The position numbers and the translations under genes were made by a program. The notes beneath the pieces were generated by a model. The model had not been told where the DNA came from. It was given only the letters and a program-made list of their open reading frames with translations, and made no database searches. A DNA stretch of 60,561 nucleotides, from NCBI GenBank assembly GCA_041546305.1, contig JBFEWO010000001.1:1-60561 (forward strand). Direction: 5' to 3'. Source of the stretch: Thiohalomonadaceae bacterium. GTDB lineage: Bacteria > Pseudomonadota > Gammaproteobacteria > Thiohalomonadales > Thiohalomonadaceae. This document shows positions 9,426 to 20,006 of the stretch, piece by piece (the first letter of the stretch is position 1; each line of letters starts with the position of its first letter).

Positions 9426-9940
9426 TCAGGCCACCGAGGCCTCATCCGGCTCAAGCAGGCGCTCCGCCATGGCATAGACCACGCTACCACCCACCTGATC
9501 CTCAGGATCCAGATCGCACAGTTTCTTCAAGACATCAAAGGCCTTATCCACCTCGCCTTTCCGCAAAAGCACAAGTCCCATCGCCTTCATGCTGTAGAGG
9601 TAAAAACGTACCGCACCTCGCGCCTCACGCCAGTTGGCGCTGCTGCTATCAAGGATCTGCCAATCCGGGGGAAAACCGCCCTGTTCTTCAGCGCTGGTGA
9701 GCACCTGATGTACCAATTCTAACGAAGCATCAAAGCGGTTCGAATAAGCGTACATCTTGTACAGTGCCACAGAAATTTCCAGCCGCTGCGGGATCAGTTT
9801 CCGGGTATCGAGCAACAACTGCTCGGCTCTGCCCAATCCTCATTCACATTCAATGATGTTGCCAGCAGTTGCTGCAGGACTAATGGCACAGCCTCGCCCT
9901 TCGCCACCGGAAACTCATCGAACAGATCACGCAGTTGCAT
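9426..9940 (-). pseudogene. TPR-like helical-repeat protein that appears split by a single-base frameshift near 9797-9839
   Basis: An ATG at 9940 has AGGAGAA 5 nt upstream and opens a 48-codon coding-like ORF that stops at 9794. The 136 aa ORF (9426..9836) starts only at a TTG that sits directly after an in-frame TGA. Joining the two gives a continuous plausible protein (...NVNEDW|GRAEQLLLDTRK...). Confidence 0.4.
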
Positions 9941-10586
9941 TGGTTTTCTCCTGCTCGCGGTAGACAGCAGCGTAGCCTTCTTCCATTAAGACCTGGCGTA
10001 CACTGGGTCGTGAAAGCAAACGTCGATAGTGCGCCTGGCAGTTCTTGGGCAGCGCAACACCCGTACGGTCAGCCCAGAACTCCACATAGAACAGTGCGGC
10101 ATCCGCAATACTAAAGTGGTCAACCACGTATTCACGCCCCTCAAGCTGCCTGTCGATAAGGGTAAACCCCTTGTCGATAATCACGCGTCCTTTGGCCTTG
10201 ATACTCTCCTGCTCAGCCTGGCTCGAGCTGTAGTTCTCAGTGGTGAAGATTCGGGTGAAACCCTGCCCATGCAACGTATTTACTGCATAGTTCATGACAT
10301 CGAGTACATGCAGTTCATCCTCAAGATTATCCGGCAACAGTTTTCGCCGTGGATTCGTTCGAGCCAACCACCAGGCGATGCTCTGAAACTCTGTCAAGGC
10401 ACTACCGTTCTCGCACACCAACGTCGGTATGGTTCCTTTTGGGTTGATACGCAGATAATCCGGTTTGAAATGATCGCCCAAGAGCAAGTTGACCAGATGC
10501 GCCTCAAACACCAGTCCGCACTCTTCAAGCAAAATGTGAATGCCGGTGCTGCACGATCCCGGCGTCATGTAAAGCTTCATATTCAT
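9927..10586 (-). CDS. Glutathione S-transferase family protein
   Basis: The N-terminal thioredoxin-like fold reads MKLYMTPGSCSTGIHILLEE...INPKGTIPTL, with a helical C-terminal domain. The start is either 10586 or 10580. Confidence 0.85.
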   Translation of the reverse strand: MNMKLYMTPGSCSTGIHILLEECGLVFEAHLVNLLLGDHFKPDYLRINPKGTIPTLVCENGSALTEFQSIAWWLARTNPRRKLLPDNLEDELHVLDVMNYAVNTLHGQGFTRIFTTENYSSSQAEQESIKAKGRVIIDKGFTLIDRQLEGREYVVDHFSIADAALFYVEFWADRTGVALPKNCQAHYRRLLSRPSVRQVLMEEGYAAVYREQEKTNATA

Positions 10587-10956
10587 GAGACTGTTTGCCT
10601 TATGTCATCGAAATCTGTCATCACAAATGCAAACGACATGCCGCTCCGCCACCTGTTTGAATCGTACGTATTTAAGACAACACCAACCATTCGATGTCGT
10701 ACTTGCGACAAAGTGCAGGGTAAATACATGACATTCTGCAACAGCCACCCTCTGCGCTGACGAATGCATTTCTTCACACAGGAGATTTTTCGACCTGTTT
10801 ATGCGAAGCATCGATTCCGTGAGCGTGTTGAAAGAGAGTCTCTACACAGGGATAATCACCATCAAAACATAATGGATTAGCTTCCATCTGCATTAATCGC
10901 CAGGAATTTGGCCGCAAAGAAACGAGTTCAAACAACATTGAGATAAGGATAGCGTT

Positions 10957-11466
10957 ATGACAAGAAGAACCATTGGCCTTTCTCTGCTTTTGGCCGTGAC
11001 GCCATTGCACGCCGTATCTTTAGTGAATCAGGAGGCGTTTAACGTCATCCAGCATCGCAACGAGGAACTCACCAGCCAGGTTGCGTCCTTGAACACCAGG
11101 GTCGAAGAACTTGAAACCCGCATAGCAACACTGGAGGCCCCTCCGGAGAAAGCCGCAGAGGCAGTCACGCCGGCACCCAGCACGGAGTCCACGGATGATG
11201 CTTCACCACATATAGAAGTGATTAACGCCTCCAGCAACCCCGCGCTGATGCCGCAGGTCCTGGGACAGCTGGAACAGCTTGGTGCCAATGTCATGAACGT
11301 TCAGCGACAAGCCACCACCACGGAAAAGAAAACCTGGATCCTTTATCGTGAAGGCTTTGGTGCAGAGGCGGTCAGCCTTGGAGAGAAGCTTGAGGGCATC
11401 CAGATCGTCGTCCGGCGGAGCATGAAAGAAGGCGTGGATATTCAGGTCGTTGTCGGCAACGAGTAA
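10957..11466 (+). CDS. LytR_C-domain secreted protein with a coiled-coil N-terminus
   Basis: It has a signal peptide, a heptad-like segment (LTSQVASLNTRVEELETRIATLE), and a C-terminal LytR_C-like block (IEVINASSNPALMPQVLGQLEQLGANV...TWILYREGFGAEAVSLGEKL). Confidence 0.55.
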   Translation: MTRRTIGLSLLLAVTPLHAVSLVNQEAFNVIQHRNEELTSQVASLNTRVEELETRIATLEAPPEKAAEAVTPAPSTESTDDASPHIEVINASSNPALMPQVLGQLEQLGANVMNVQRQATTTEKKTWILYREGFGAEAVSLGEKLEGIQIVVRRSMKEGVDIQVVVGNE

Positions 11467-11726
11467 TAACTTTAATCTCCATCGAACCGGTTAGAGAGCA
11501 GTAGCCAGGCGACTGTTCTCTAACCTCCTTATCCCTATGTGCCACGACCGAGGCACACTGCGGTTGTTCCTCTCTTGCTACCAGCTCTAATGGTCATCCC
11601 TCTGTAATTGCGCTTCACCGCCTCTCGCCGTGATTTAATAATGACAAAAACGTGATCCTAGTGTGATCACCGGTGGTTATAACTTTCCGTGTACGGCCAA
11701 ATCCCAAACGGAAAAAGGAGATAACC

Positions 11727-12425
11727 ATGCAACGACTCATCCGCACGCTCATCTTGACAGGTTCACTCGCCGCAACGCCAGCGATGGCCCAGGACCTGAA
11801 CATCACCATCACCAATCTCACCCATGCGACCTACTTCACGCCTCTACTGATCAGTGCCCACCCTGAGGGTAACCACCTGTTTCAGCTAGGCGTTGCCGCC
11901 ACCAGTAATCTGCAAGCAATGGCCGAGGGCGGAGATATTTCAGGCCTGGTCACTGACACGACCACACTGGGTGCCGACAACGTGGAAAATCCGGCAGGAG
12001 GTCTGCTCGCACCCGGTAATTCAACGACGTTTTCCCTCATGACAGCCATAGGCAACGATCATCTCTCCCTTACCGCAATGCTGCTGCCGACCAATGACGG
12101 CTTTGTCGGACTTGACGCTCTCAAAATACCGACATCTGCAGGCACCTACCGCTACACCCTCAATAGCTATGATGCCGGCACGGAAGCTAATGACGAGATC
12201 GTTAATGGTGGCGGTACACCTGGCGTTCCCGGTATTCCAGCTGATCCAGGGGGCATTGCCGGCACCGGGGGAACAGGCGTCACGGCGACCGAGGCCAACA
12301 GTGTGGTGCATATCCACCGTGGTGTAATTGGCGACATGGATGCCACCTCCGGTATTAGCGATCTCGACAGCCGTGTACACCGCTGGCTCAACCCGGTGGC
12401 CGAACTGGTCATCACGGTCAACTAG
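11727..12425 (+). CDS. Spondin_N-domain secreted protein
   Basis: ATG at 11727 follows AAGGAG. The signal peptide ends at AMAQD. Motifs include ITITNLTHATYFTPLL, PTNDGFVGLD and YDAGTEANDE. It is a paralog of the next gene. Confidence 0.7.
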   Translation: MQRLIRTLILTGSLAATPAMAQDLNITITNLTHATYFTPLLISAHPEGNHLFQLGVAATSNLQAMAEGGDISGLVTDTTTLGADNVENPAGGLLAPGNSTTFSLMTAIGNDHLSLTAMLLPTNDGFVGLDALKIPTSAGTYRYTLNSYDAGTEANDEIVNGGGTPGVPGIPADPGGIAGTGGTGVTATEANSVVHIHRGVIGDMDATSGISDLDSRVHRWLNPVAELVITVN

Positions 12426-12436
12426 GGAGGTGGGCC

Positions 12437-13135
12437 ATGAAAAGAAAAAGTTTCTACTTGGCTGGAGTTCCATTACTACTCACAACGTTGCTGGCCGGAT
12501 GTTTTCACGCCAATGACACCAACACAGTGGTCAGCTATCAGGTAACTGTCACCAATCTCAGTGAAGCGCAGCCACTCTCCCCAGTGGCGGTTATTCTGCA
12601 CCGTTCGGGCTATCACACCTGGAAAATCGGTACCGCCGCCAGCGATAGCCTGGAACAACTAGCAGAAGGCGGAATACCTGCTGCCCTTCTCGCCGAAGCA
12701 TCGGCTCACACCTCGGTCACAGCGACTGCAGCCGATAACGCGGCGATTCCTCCGGGCGCCAGCAGCAGCATCATCATCCAAAGCCCCTTGCATGGCGATC
12801 TGGCACTCAGTCTGGCAACTATGCTGGTCAACACCAATGATGGTTTCACCGGACTGGACGCCGAGCCGCTCGGTACGCTGTCACGGCAAGAGAGCCGAAG
12901 CATTCTGGTCGCGGCCTACGATGCCGGCACGGAGGCCAACAGCGAAACTGCTGCGACAGTCCCCGGCCCAGCCGCGGGCGGTGAGGGTTACAACAGTGCG
13001 CGTGATGACAGGAATAGTGTTGGAGGACATCCTGGAGTGGTCAGCATTGACGATGGTCTTGGTAGTTCAGTGCTCAATGCGTCTCACCGCTTCGACAACC
13101 CAATCGCACGAATCACGATCACCCGTCTACAGTAA
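12437..13135 (+). CDS. Spondin_N-domain lipoprotein
   Basis: It has a LLAGC lipobox. The motifs are collinear with the upstream paralog: VTVTNLSEAQPLSPV, NTNDGFTGLD and YDAGTEANSE. Confidence 0.7.
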   Translation: MKRKSFYLAGVPLLLTTLLAGCFHANDTNTVVSYQVTVTNLSEAQPLSPVAVILHRSGYHTWKIGTAASDSLEQLAEGGIPAALLAEASAHTSVTATAADNAAIPPGASSSIIIQSPLHGDLALSLATMLVNTNDGFTGLDAEPLGTLSRQESRSILVAAYDAGTEANSETAATVPGPAAGGEGYNSARDDRNSVGGHPGVVSIDDGLGSSVLNASHRFDNPIARITITRLQ

Positions 13136-13140
13136 GGATC

Positions 13141-13161
13141 AAAGGGGCTTCAAGCCCCTTT
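13141..13161. terminator. Stem-loop between convergent genes, possibly a bidirectional terminator
   Basis: AAAGGGGC-ttcaa-GCCCCTTT is a perfect 8 bp stem flanked by A and T runs. It lies between the stop codons at 13135 and 13175. Confidence 0.6.
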
Positions 13162-13174
13162 GTCTAGACGCCTC

Positions 13175-13879
13175 TCATGGTCTGCTCTCGGTATGAAACT
13201 CCAGTGCTATGGTCAGTTTACCCCTGAACCACGCATCAATCGCGATCCGTTTCCCTTCCTGAACAACCGAGAATCCCTCCGTTACAACTGGCATTATCGC
13301 ACCATACGTCAGAAGGGTGCGGGAGTAGTCCACTTTAAGTGAGACATGCATGGGAAAGTAGCTGTCCAAAAACCTGCGCTGAAACGGGCCATAGTGCAGA
13401 CGGTAATCACCGCTATCAGTTTGATTGAGTATTTGGGCCTCCAGCGAAAGGCAAAGCCTGGCTCCTCTGCCGATATTTTTTAGCTGGACCGACTGCCCCT
13501 CGATCCAGAACTGCTCAATCCCTTTCGCTTCCGTTACACGAAGATTGCGCATTTGACGGAACTGATAGATCACTTCCGCATCCGGAACCGGGTCAAGCTC
13601 CGTATGACACTGTTCGACATTCACCCAACCACTCTCGATGCTCACTTCGGTTAGCTCAAGAAGGGTATGCGAGGCAGGCAACGGCTTATCGGGTGGAGGA
13701 TAGATGAACTTCAGAGCTTCACTTCCACCTTGTTTCTCGTAAGGCGGAGCCTGATCGCCACTTTCCAGCCACTGTTCCAGTACCTCATCGCTTAATTCCT
13801 GTGCCAGAGCGCTGCTGGCATGGAACATCACGAACACCAGGTAATGCAATAGGGAGAGAGCACGTTGGTTCTGTCTCAT
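13175..13879 (-). CDS. Hypothetical secreted protein
   Basis: The likely start is MRQNQRALSLLHYLVFVMFHASSALAQE, which contains a signal peptide. No family motif was recognised. Confidence 0.5.
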   Translation of the reverse strand: MRQNQRALSLLHYLVFVMFHASSALAQELSDEVLEQWLESGDQAPPYEKQGGSEALKFIYPPPDKPLPASHTLLELTEVSIESGWVNVEQCHTELDPVPDAEVIYQFRQMRNLRVTEAKGIEQFWIEGQSVQLKNIGRGARLCLSLEAQILNQTDSGDYRLHYGPFQRRFLDSYFPMHVSLKVDYSRTLLTYGAIMPVVTEGFSVVQEGKRIAIDAWFRGKLTIALEFHTESRP

Positions 13880-13995
13880 ACGGATCGTAATCCACCACAA
13901 GAGGTCGTGATATACCAGTAGTTTAGCCACCTTTCCTCATAAGGCTATGGGTCTACACTTAGTCTGCTGTTTTCACCCATCCAGGAGGCAACGCC

Positions 13996-14325
13996 ATGAA
14001 CACTTTTGTTATGTTGACCCGAGTCTCGCATGAAGGCCTGCGCTCACCGCAGGCGCTGGAGTCACTGGAACAGGAGGTGATGTCACAGGTCCGGAGTGAG
14101 TGTACCGAAGTGAACTGGTTACACAGCTACGCCGTGCTGGGGCCATATGATTACATGGATATTTTCGAGGCACCGGATGTCGCCGCGGCGATGCGGGTAG
14201 CCACGCTCATCCGCACCGTGGGACATGCTGAAAGCGAGGTCTGGCCGGCCGCCGAGTGGGGCACATTCAAGGAGATGTTACACGGATTGCCGCAGGAGAC
14301 GTCAGAACGGATCTCGCCACACTAA
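13996..14325 (+). CDS. GYD-domain protein
   Basis: It is about 100 aa and contains FVMLTRVSHEG...VLGPYDYMDIFEAPD...A..V...IRT.G, which is characteristic of the GYD family. Confidence 0.75.
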   Translation: MNTFVMLTRVSHEGLRSPQALESLEQEVMSQVRSECTEVNWLHSYAVLGPYDYMDIFEAPDVAAAMRVATLIRTVGHAESEVWPAAEWGTFKEMLHGLPQETSERISPH

Positions 14326-14369
14326 GCGGCACAGAAGTCAGAAAGAAAATACGATGAGAACTGTTGAAC

Positions 14370-14400
14370 AGACCACCCGGAACCAGATTCCGGGTGGTCT
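14370..14400. terminator. Stem-loop between convergent genes
   Basis: AGACCACCCGGA-accagat-TCCGGGTGGTCT is a perfect 12 bp stem. It is followed by TCTT on the + strand. Confidence 0.6.
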
Positions 14401-14412
14401 TCTTGCTCCCGA

Positions 14413-15315
14413 TTACTTTGCGTCTACAGTGTCAGCTTTCTGCGCTCCGGCTTCGCCCGTTGTCTCTGTAGCAGGGGCTTCAGCTTCACCCTTGATGGCG
14501 ACATCGGCTTTGTCCTTTAGCGCCTGGATATAGTCGCGGATCTTGCGCTGCTTGAGCATCTGCTCCAGACGCCCTTTGACCTCCTCAAAGGCAGGCGGCT
14601 CAGCCTGACGACTGTCTTCCAGTTTAATGATGTGCCAACCGAAGCGGGTCTTTACCGGCGTCTTGGTGTAGCTGCCCTTCTCAAGTTGAACAACGGCCTG
14701 GGAGAACGGCGGCACCATCTGCTGGGGATTGAACCAGCCCAAATCACCGCCGTTCTTTGCGCTACTGTCGGTGGAGTGTTCACGTGCCAACTTGGCGAAG
14801 TCCGCTCCCTGATCCAGTTGCTTGATCAGTTTCTTGGCCTGCTCCTCCTCTTTCACCAGAATGTGGCTAGCTTTGTATTCAGGAGTGACCATACGGTCCT
14901 TAAGTTTATCGTACTCTGCTTGCAGTTCTTCTTCGTTGACGGGGCTTTCCTCCATCGCCTTGCGCACCACCGCAGAGGCCAGGAGACTGGTGCGCAGCTG
15001 TTCCAGATCACGGATCACTTCAGGATCCTTATCCAGTTTTAAACGTAACGCCTCTTGGTATACCACTTTCTGGGTGATAAGTTCGTCCAGCAGCGCTTCA
15101 TCACTTTGCCCTCTGGCAGGACCGGAATGTGTGCTGCGGTAGGCAACAAGATCACCCTCGGTGATCGCCTCACCGTTAACCGTTGCAACGACCTCACCCT
15201 GTTGAGCATTGGTCGCCTTTTTATCGGCTTCCTGATTGCAGCCCACAATGCCGAGGGAAAGACCGAGCATCACGGCAACGACAAGGGGCGATTTGTGTTT
15301 ATTGAATAAATCCAT
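14413..15315 (-). CDS. Parvulin-type peptidyl-prolyl cis-trans isomerase (PpiC/SurA-like), lipoprotein
   Basis: The lipobox is LGIVGC. The parvulin core reads ASHILVKEEEQAKKLIKQL..GADFAKLAREHS.D.SAKNGGDLGWF...MVPPF......L.KG.....PVKTRFGWHIIKLED. Confidence 0.9.
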   Translation of the reverse strand: MDLFNKHKSPLVVAVMLGLSLGIVGCNQEADKKATNAQQGEVVATVNGEAITEGDLVAYRSTHSGPARGQSDEALLDELITQKVVYQEALRLKLDKDPEVIRDLEQLRTSLLASAVVRKAMEESPVNEEELQAEYDKLKDRMVTPEYKASHILVKEEEQAKKLIKQLDQGADFAKLAREHSTDSSAKNGGDLGWFNPQQMVPPFSQAVVQLEKGSYTKTPVKTRFGWHIIKLEDSRQAEPPAFEEVKGRLEQMLKQRKIRDYIQALKDKADVAIKGEAEAPATETTGEAGAQKADTVDAK

Positions 15316-15605
15316 ATTGGTATTTTCACTCCTGATTCAGAAGAGTATTTATAGGGCGGTCTCAGCGTGGATATAAATTTGTTATTCCCTCATGAAATGC
15401 GCCCAGCACGGGTTTACCTGAAGCATCGTACATCATATGTCAGCTTGCCTGAACAGTTCTTGCTCAAGGCCAAATAGCAGGTATGGTTATATTTGAAGGA
15501 AGATAGGCTATTTAGTTCAGAAACAATTAGCGCAAATTACACAATTTTTCCAATATGTCTTACAAGCACTGAAAATATGTCCACTGTTTGGTCTTTCCCA
15601 CAGTA

Positions 15606-18320
15606 TTAGTGGCAAGTAAAGAAATACTCTCTGAAACGGCTAATCTGCATCAATAATGATGCTACCCCGGTATCAATCTGCTCAACTGGCACAGGTTCAC
15701 GCTTCAATAGCGACTGTAACCGTACGGCGTCGCCATGAATGGCCTTGGCAGCGACACTACCGGCAGAACTGACAAGGTTGTGGACGACATTATACAAAGA
15801 CGAATAGTCACAATTACGATGTGCCGTTCTGATGGTCTTTTCGCCATCAGGCAATACCTCGAGGAACTCTTGCAGGATCATTCGCGCCATCCTGTTATCA
15901 CCACCAACATATTCCTTCGCCTCCTCGGGGTCATAAATTGGCAGGCGACTATCACTCAAATCCGGCTGCAATGGCGCATGCGTATCCTTCGGTGATACCT
16001 CATGACGCCATTTTTCTATCATGCTGAGCAATTGCTCCGGTTTATATGGCTTGACCAGAAGGTCATTCATCCCTGCATCGATCACAGCCTTACGCTGCTC
16101 AGGGAAAGCGTGAGCGGTAAGCGCAATGATGGGTAAACCCTCGCCACAAAGGCCTGATATCCGTAGTGCCTTTGCGGCATCAATGCCACTCATATGAGGC
16201 ATTTCGATATCCATAAAGATAATATCAAAGCGCATTGTTTCAGCCGCTTCCAGGGCTTGGTCAGCCCCACTGACCGCGGTCACACTGGCCCCGTGCGTCC
16301 GGAGGATAGTCGTGGCCACAGTGAGATTGATCGTGTTGTCATCCACCACCAGCACCGACACTCCCTCCAGCTCTGTCTCAGGCGCAATATCCCGCCGTGT
16401 TGACTCGGAGAGCGGCTCCATAGCATGGTCTATCGTGTGCAATCTGCTGAGAGACTCTAGCAACAGTGACCGGCGGGCAAACCGTGTGTGTGAAAACTTC
16501 GCGCCTATTTCCCGCATACGCTGATGCAGGACATGATCATCATCATCCAGCAGCACCCCCACAGAACAGGTAGGCTCGCCGTGAAATGAAGCCATTATCG
16601 CGGACAGTTCCTGTTCAGCGCTGCTACTGTCGATATCGCATAACAACAGATCGAGAACCGCCAACCGATCCGGCTGTTGAAATTCAGCGACATCGCCAAA
16701 CCGCAGGATGCTTGCCCCCCAGCCTTGCAGCATCAATTCCAGCTCCTCGGCATAAAGAGACCGCCGGTCGAACATGCCGATGTGCATCCCTGTCAGAGGC
16801 CGTGCTGTAATCTCGCCGGTCGCAGGACGACCCAGTTGAACACAGGCAGTAAAAGTGGAGCCCTCATGGGGAACACTGGCGACAATCACTTCGCCTCCCA
16901 TCATTCGAGCCAGACGCTGAGTAATCACCAGACCAAGGCCTGTGCCTCCGAAACGGCGGGTAATGGAACTGTCGCCTTGCTGGAAAGGCAGGAACAGCAC
17001 CGCTTGATGTTCCGGCGCGATACCGATGCCGGTATCGGTCACACTTATTTGCAGTCGGACACGCGAAGGATTCCCGCTCTCATCTGACACGTCAGCCATT
17101 ACTGCCAAGCGCAACGTCACGCTACCGGTATGCGTGAATTTGAGGGCATTGCCGATAAGGTTGATCAGCACCTGGCGCAACCGTACCGGATCGCCACAGA
17201 GCTCCCGAGGGACCCCATGTTCAATAAAGGTGGCGAAGTTCAGACCCTTTTCCAGTGCCACGGGGGCGAACAAACCACGCACATCATCCACCAGCTCTTC
17301 GATAGAGAAAGCCTCATACCCGAGGTTGAACTTGCCCGATTCCATCTTCGAGAAATCGAGAATATCGTCAATGATAGTGAGAAGAGCCTCTGCCGAACTG
17401 CAGATGGTCCGGACATAACCGCTCTGGTGATGATCAAGTTTCGTTTTTTGCAGTAGCCCAAGATAACCAATCACACCGTTCATCGGCGTGCGAATTTCAT
17501 GACTCATGCTGGCAAGAAACTGGCTTTTCGCCTCATTGGCCCGCTCTGCGGCCTCTTTCGCCTCTTGAAAATCCCGGGTCCGCTGCTCTACCAATGCTTC
17601 CAGGCGGGCCTGCGCTTCCCGCTCGACGCGAAACAACTGCTCCTTGCCATCGGCAATCTTGGTCAACATGTTGTTAAAGGAGGACTCCAGATGCTTCAGT
17701 TCATTTGGCTCACGCACCCCAAGATCCAGCGGTTCACGCTGAATATTCTCAAGGTCCACTTCATCCACCGCAGAGGTGAAGCGTTTCAACACATCAAACA
17801 GGTACTTGCGGAATGCCCAAAGAAATAGCAGCCAAAGCGCGGTGCTCTTGATAACCGCGTTAAGAACGATGAGCATAAAGCCCACCTTGATGCGTTCCAT
17901 CACTACCCCATGACTGGAGTAGATACGCACATCGGCCAGCGCGAAGATTTCCTTGCCAAACTGCTCGACAACGGAAAATTCGTGATAAAAACCGCCCGTT
18001 TTACCTTCACCTGCCGGCTTGATCGCCTTCAGTACCTTGTCGTCTTCGCCGATGATCTCGAGTGCAGTGACGACCGAGAGATTGCTGATGCCTATGGCAA
18101 GTGAGTGCAGTTGATCTTTATTGATCTGCCATAGGGCAAGACGCAGGGCAGGTTCAAACGTCCCCTGAATGCGCTTGAGTTCCATCTGTACCGAATCTCG
18201 CGTATGGACATACTCGATAGCGACATGGATCACTGTGATGACAATGGTAAGCGCAAAATAGATGCCGAAGACAACCTTGAGCAGCTTAACGGCGATCGAT
18301 CTTTTCAGCGGCTCAGCCAT
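15606..18320 (-). CDS. Hybrid sensor histidine kinase with transmembrane sensor, HisKA, HATPase_c, a receiver-like spacer, a receiver and an HPt domain
   Basis: The H-box is [16 protein letters not shown] and the ATPase motifs are [16 protein letters not shown] and GGTGLGL. The canonical receiver reads VLVVDDN...[14 protein letters not shown]...ALTAHA...LVKPY. The HPt motif is [12 protein letters not shown]. Confidence 0.9.
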   Translation of the reverse strand: MAEPLKRSIAVKLLKVVFGIYFALTIVITVIHVAIEYVHTRDSVQMELKRIQGTFEPALRLALWQINKDQLHSLAIGISNLSVVTALEIIGEDDKVLKAIKPAGEGKTGGFYHEFSVVEQFGKEIFALADVRIYSSHGVVMERIKVGFMLIVLNAVIKSTALWLLFLWAFRKYLFDVLKRFTSAVDEVDLENIQREPLDLGVREPNELKHLESSFNNMLTKIADGKEQLFRVEREAQARLEALVEQRTRDFQEAKEAAERANEAKSQFLASMSHEIRTPMNGVIGYLGLLQKTKLDHHQSGYVRTICSSAEALLTIIDDILDFSKMESGKFNLGYEAFSIEELVDDVRGLFAPVALEKGLNFATFIEHGVPRELCGDPVRLRQVLINLIGNALKFTHTGSVTLRLAVMADVSDESGNPSRVRLQISVTDTGIGIAPEHQAVLFLPFQQGDSSITRRFGGTGLGLVITQRLARMMGGEVIVASVPHEGSTFTACVQLGRPATGEITARPLTGMHIGMFDRRSLYAEELELMLQGWGASILRFGDVAEFQQPDRLAVLDLLLCDIDSSSAEQELSAIMASFHGEPTCSVGVLLDDDDHVLHQRMREIGAKFSHTRFARRSLLLESLSRLHTIDHAMEPLSESTRRDIAPETELEGVSVLVVDDNTINLTVATTILRTHGASVTAVSGADQALEAAETMRFDIIFMDIEMPHMSGIDAAKALRISGLCGEGLPIIALTAHAFPEQRKAVIDAGMNDLLVKPYKPEQLLSMIEKWRHEVSPKDTHAPLQPDLSDSRLPIYDPEEAKEYVGGDNRMARMILQEFLEVLPDGEKTIRTAHRNCDYSSLYNVVHNLVSSAGSVAAKAIHGDAVRLQSLLKREPVPVEQIDTGVASLLMQISRFREYFFTCH

Positions 18321-19102
18321 TATTTCCGATATACAAAAAAGTCATGGATATATTTGGTGTAAATCGCCTGGTAGGCGCCACTCTCACGCAACTTTTTCAG
18401 CCCCTTGTTGAAGCTGTCACGGATTTCCTTGTCGGCAAAGGCACCGCGGTATCTTGAGGGTTCGAAAAGCTCATAATAATGCACGCCGACTTCACTAGAC
18501 ACTTCCCGCTCGCTAATCAGCTTGTTTTGGAAGAACTGAAAAATACTTCGGTCCATCACAGCCAAATCGATACGTCCCTTCAGCAACATATGGACCTGAT
18601 TCTCCTGGTTCGCCATTTCCACATAGTTGGGGTTACTGGCGACCACATTGGCAAACTCCTTACCCAGATAAACGTCCGCTTTTTGAAAGGCGATGATCGA
18701 AAGCCCACGGAGATCCGAAACGCGCTTAATGGGTAATGGACGACTCTCCAAGCCAATGGCAAAGTTGTGATACTCAATGCAGTAGTCGGAATAATAGGCA
18801 TCCAGGCCCAACGCACGCTTGCTGATGGTGATGCCATCGACGCGCTTTTCCTCCAATAGCTGAAAACCGCGGCCCAGAGGCAAAAAAAGCGGCTTCACCG
18901 TATGTCCTGCGTCCGCCAGTGCCTGCTGCACAATCTCGACCAGGATACCTGGTCGGTTATCGACGGGGGACTGAAAAACATAGGGTGGCGTGTAGGAGGC
19001 GAAGACCATTTTCAATTCGCGCCCCTGTGCCTGCACAGAAAAGAGAAGGAGAAACGCCAGAAACAGAGGGAAAAGAATAGTTTTAGTTAGCGGGGGACTC
19101 AT
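18320..19102 (-). CDS. Periplasmic substrate-binding protein (SBP_bac_3-like), translationally coupled to the hybrid kinase
   Basis: The start is [27 protein letters not shown] (signal peptide). The body resembles family 3 solute-binding proteins. Its stop and the kinase start overlap as TAATG at 18318-18322. Confidence 0.7.
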   Translation of the reverse strand: MSPPLTKTILFPLFLAFLLLFSVQAQGRELKMVFASYTPPYVFQSPVDNRPGILVEIVQQALADAGHTVKPLFLPLGRGFQLLEEKRVDGITISKRALGLDAYYSDYCIEYHNFAIGLESRPLPIKRVSDLRGLSIIAFQKADVYLGKEFANVVASNPNYVEMANQENQVHMLLKGRIDLAVMDRSIFQFFQNKLISEREVSSEVGVHYYELFEPSRYRGAFADKEIRDSFNKGLKKLRESGAYQAIYTKYIHDFFVYRK

Positions 19103-19423
19103 AATCACCCTCTTTTTCCGGCCAGAGGCAACGACAAATTCCGTTGTTGCCCGCATAATCGCCCAGCAGATGAGCCGCACAACTCATTGAAATTCATAGA
19201 CATATTGTATATCCCTATGTTTTTATTAGGATATTGGGATAAGGATTATGTGAAACATCTATCAGATTATAACCACACTGTTTGCGTACTTTTCAACACT
19301 GGCACTCCCGTATGGGAAGCGGCAAAATCACCTCAACATGCGGATAATGACCTTAACTCCAGGGACCTGCATGCAGGTGCTAGAGCACCAATAAATCCCC
19401 ACGGATAAGTCCACATTAAATAC

Positions 19424-19948
19424 ATGATTAACGTCCAAGTAAGTATCGGCCTGACCAACCCCAAAAGCCCGTCCAATGTCGGTGCGGTTATGCGTGCTGC
19501 CGGTTGTTTCCAGGTGGATTCGGTTTTTTATACGGGAACGCGTTATCCTTTAGCCGCCAAATTCAATACCGACACAAAGGATGTCACACAGGATATTCCA
19601 CTGAACGGTGTCGACTGTCTTCTCGGGAGCGTTGCTGACAATATGTCGATTGTGTGCGTAGAACTGGCGGAAGGGGCGACTCCGCTACCAGACTTCCACC
19701 ATCCGGAGAATGCCTTTTACATTTTCGGCCCCGAAGACGGAACCTTGAGCCAGGAGGTGATCGATCGCGCCGACGCGGTTGTCTATATTCCGACGACCGG
19801 CTGCATGAATCTTGCGGCAACGGTCAATGTAGTTCTCTACGACAGACTGGCAAAATCAAACCAGCGCCATGCAAAAAACGAATTAATTCGTCAAAGCCGG
19901 GACAGGAATAACAAGGTCAAGGTAAAAACGGGAACGGCCCGGATTTGA
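19424..19948 (+). CDS. SpoU/TrmH-family RNA 2'-O-methyltransferase
   Basis: Motifs: NPKSPSNVGAVMRAAGCF, YIFGPEDGTLSQE and IPTTGCMNLAATVNVVLYDR. Confidence 0.8.
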   Translation: MINVQVSIGLTNPKSPSNVGAVMRAAGCFQVDSVFYTGTRYPLAAKFNTDTKDVTQDIPLNGVDCLLGSVADNMSIVCVELAEGATPLPDFHHPENAFYIFGPEDGTLSQEVIDRADAVVYIPTTGCMNLAATVNVVLYDRLAKSNQRHAKNELIRQSRDRNNKVKVKTGTARI

Positions 19949-20006
19949 CATACGTCTGCTCCGGGCACTTAACGAGTTCCTGGGCATCAGGAATCAAGGT
20001 GCTGAG

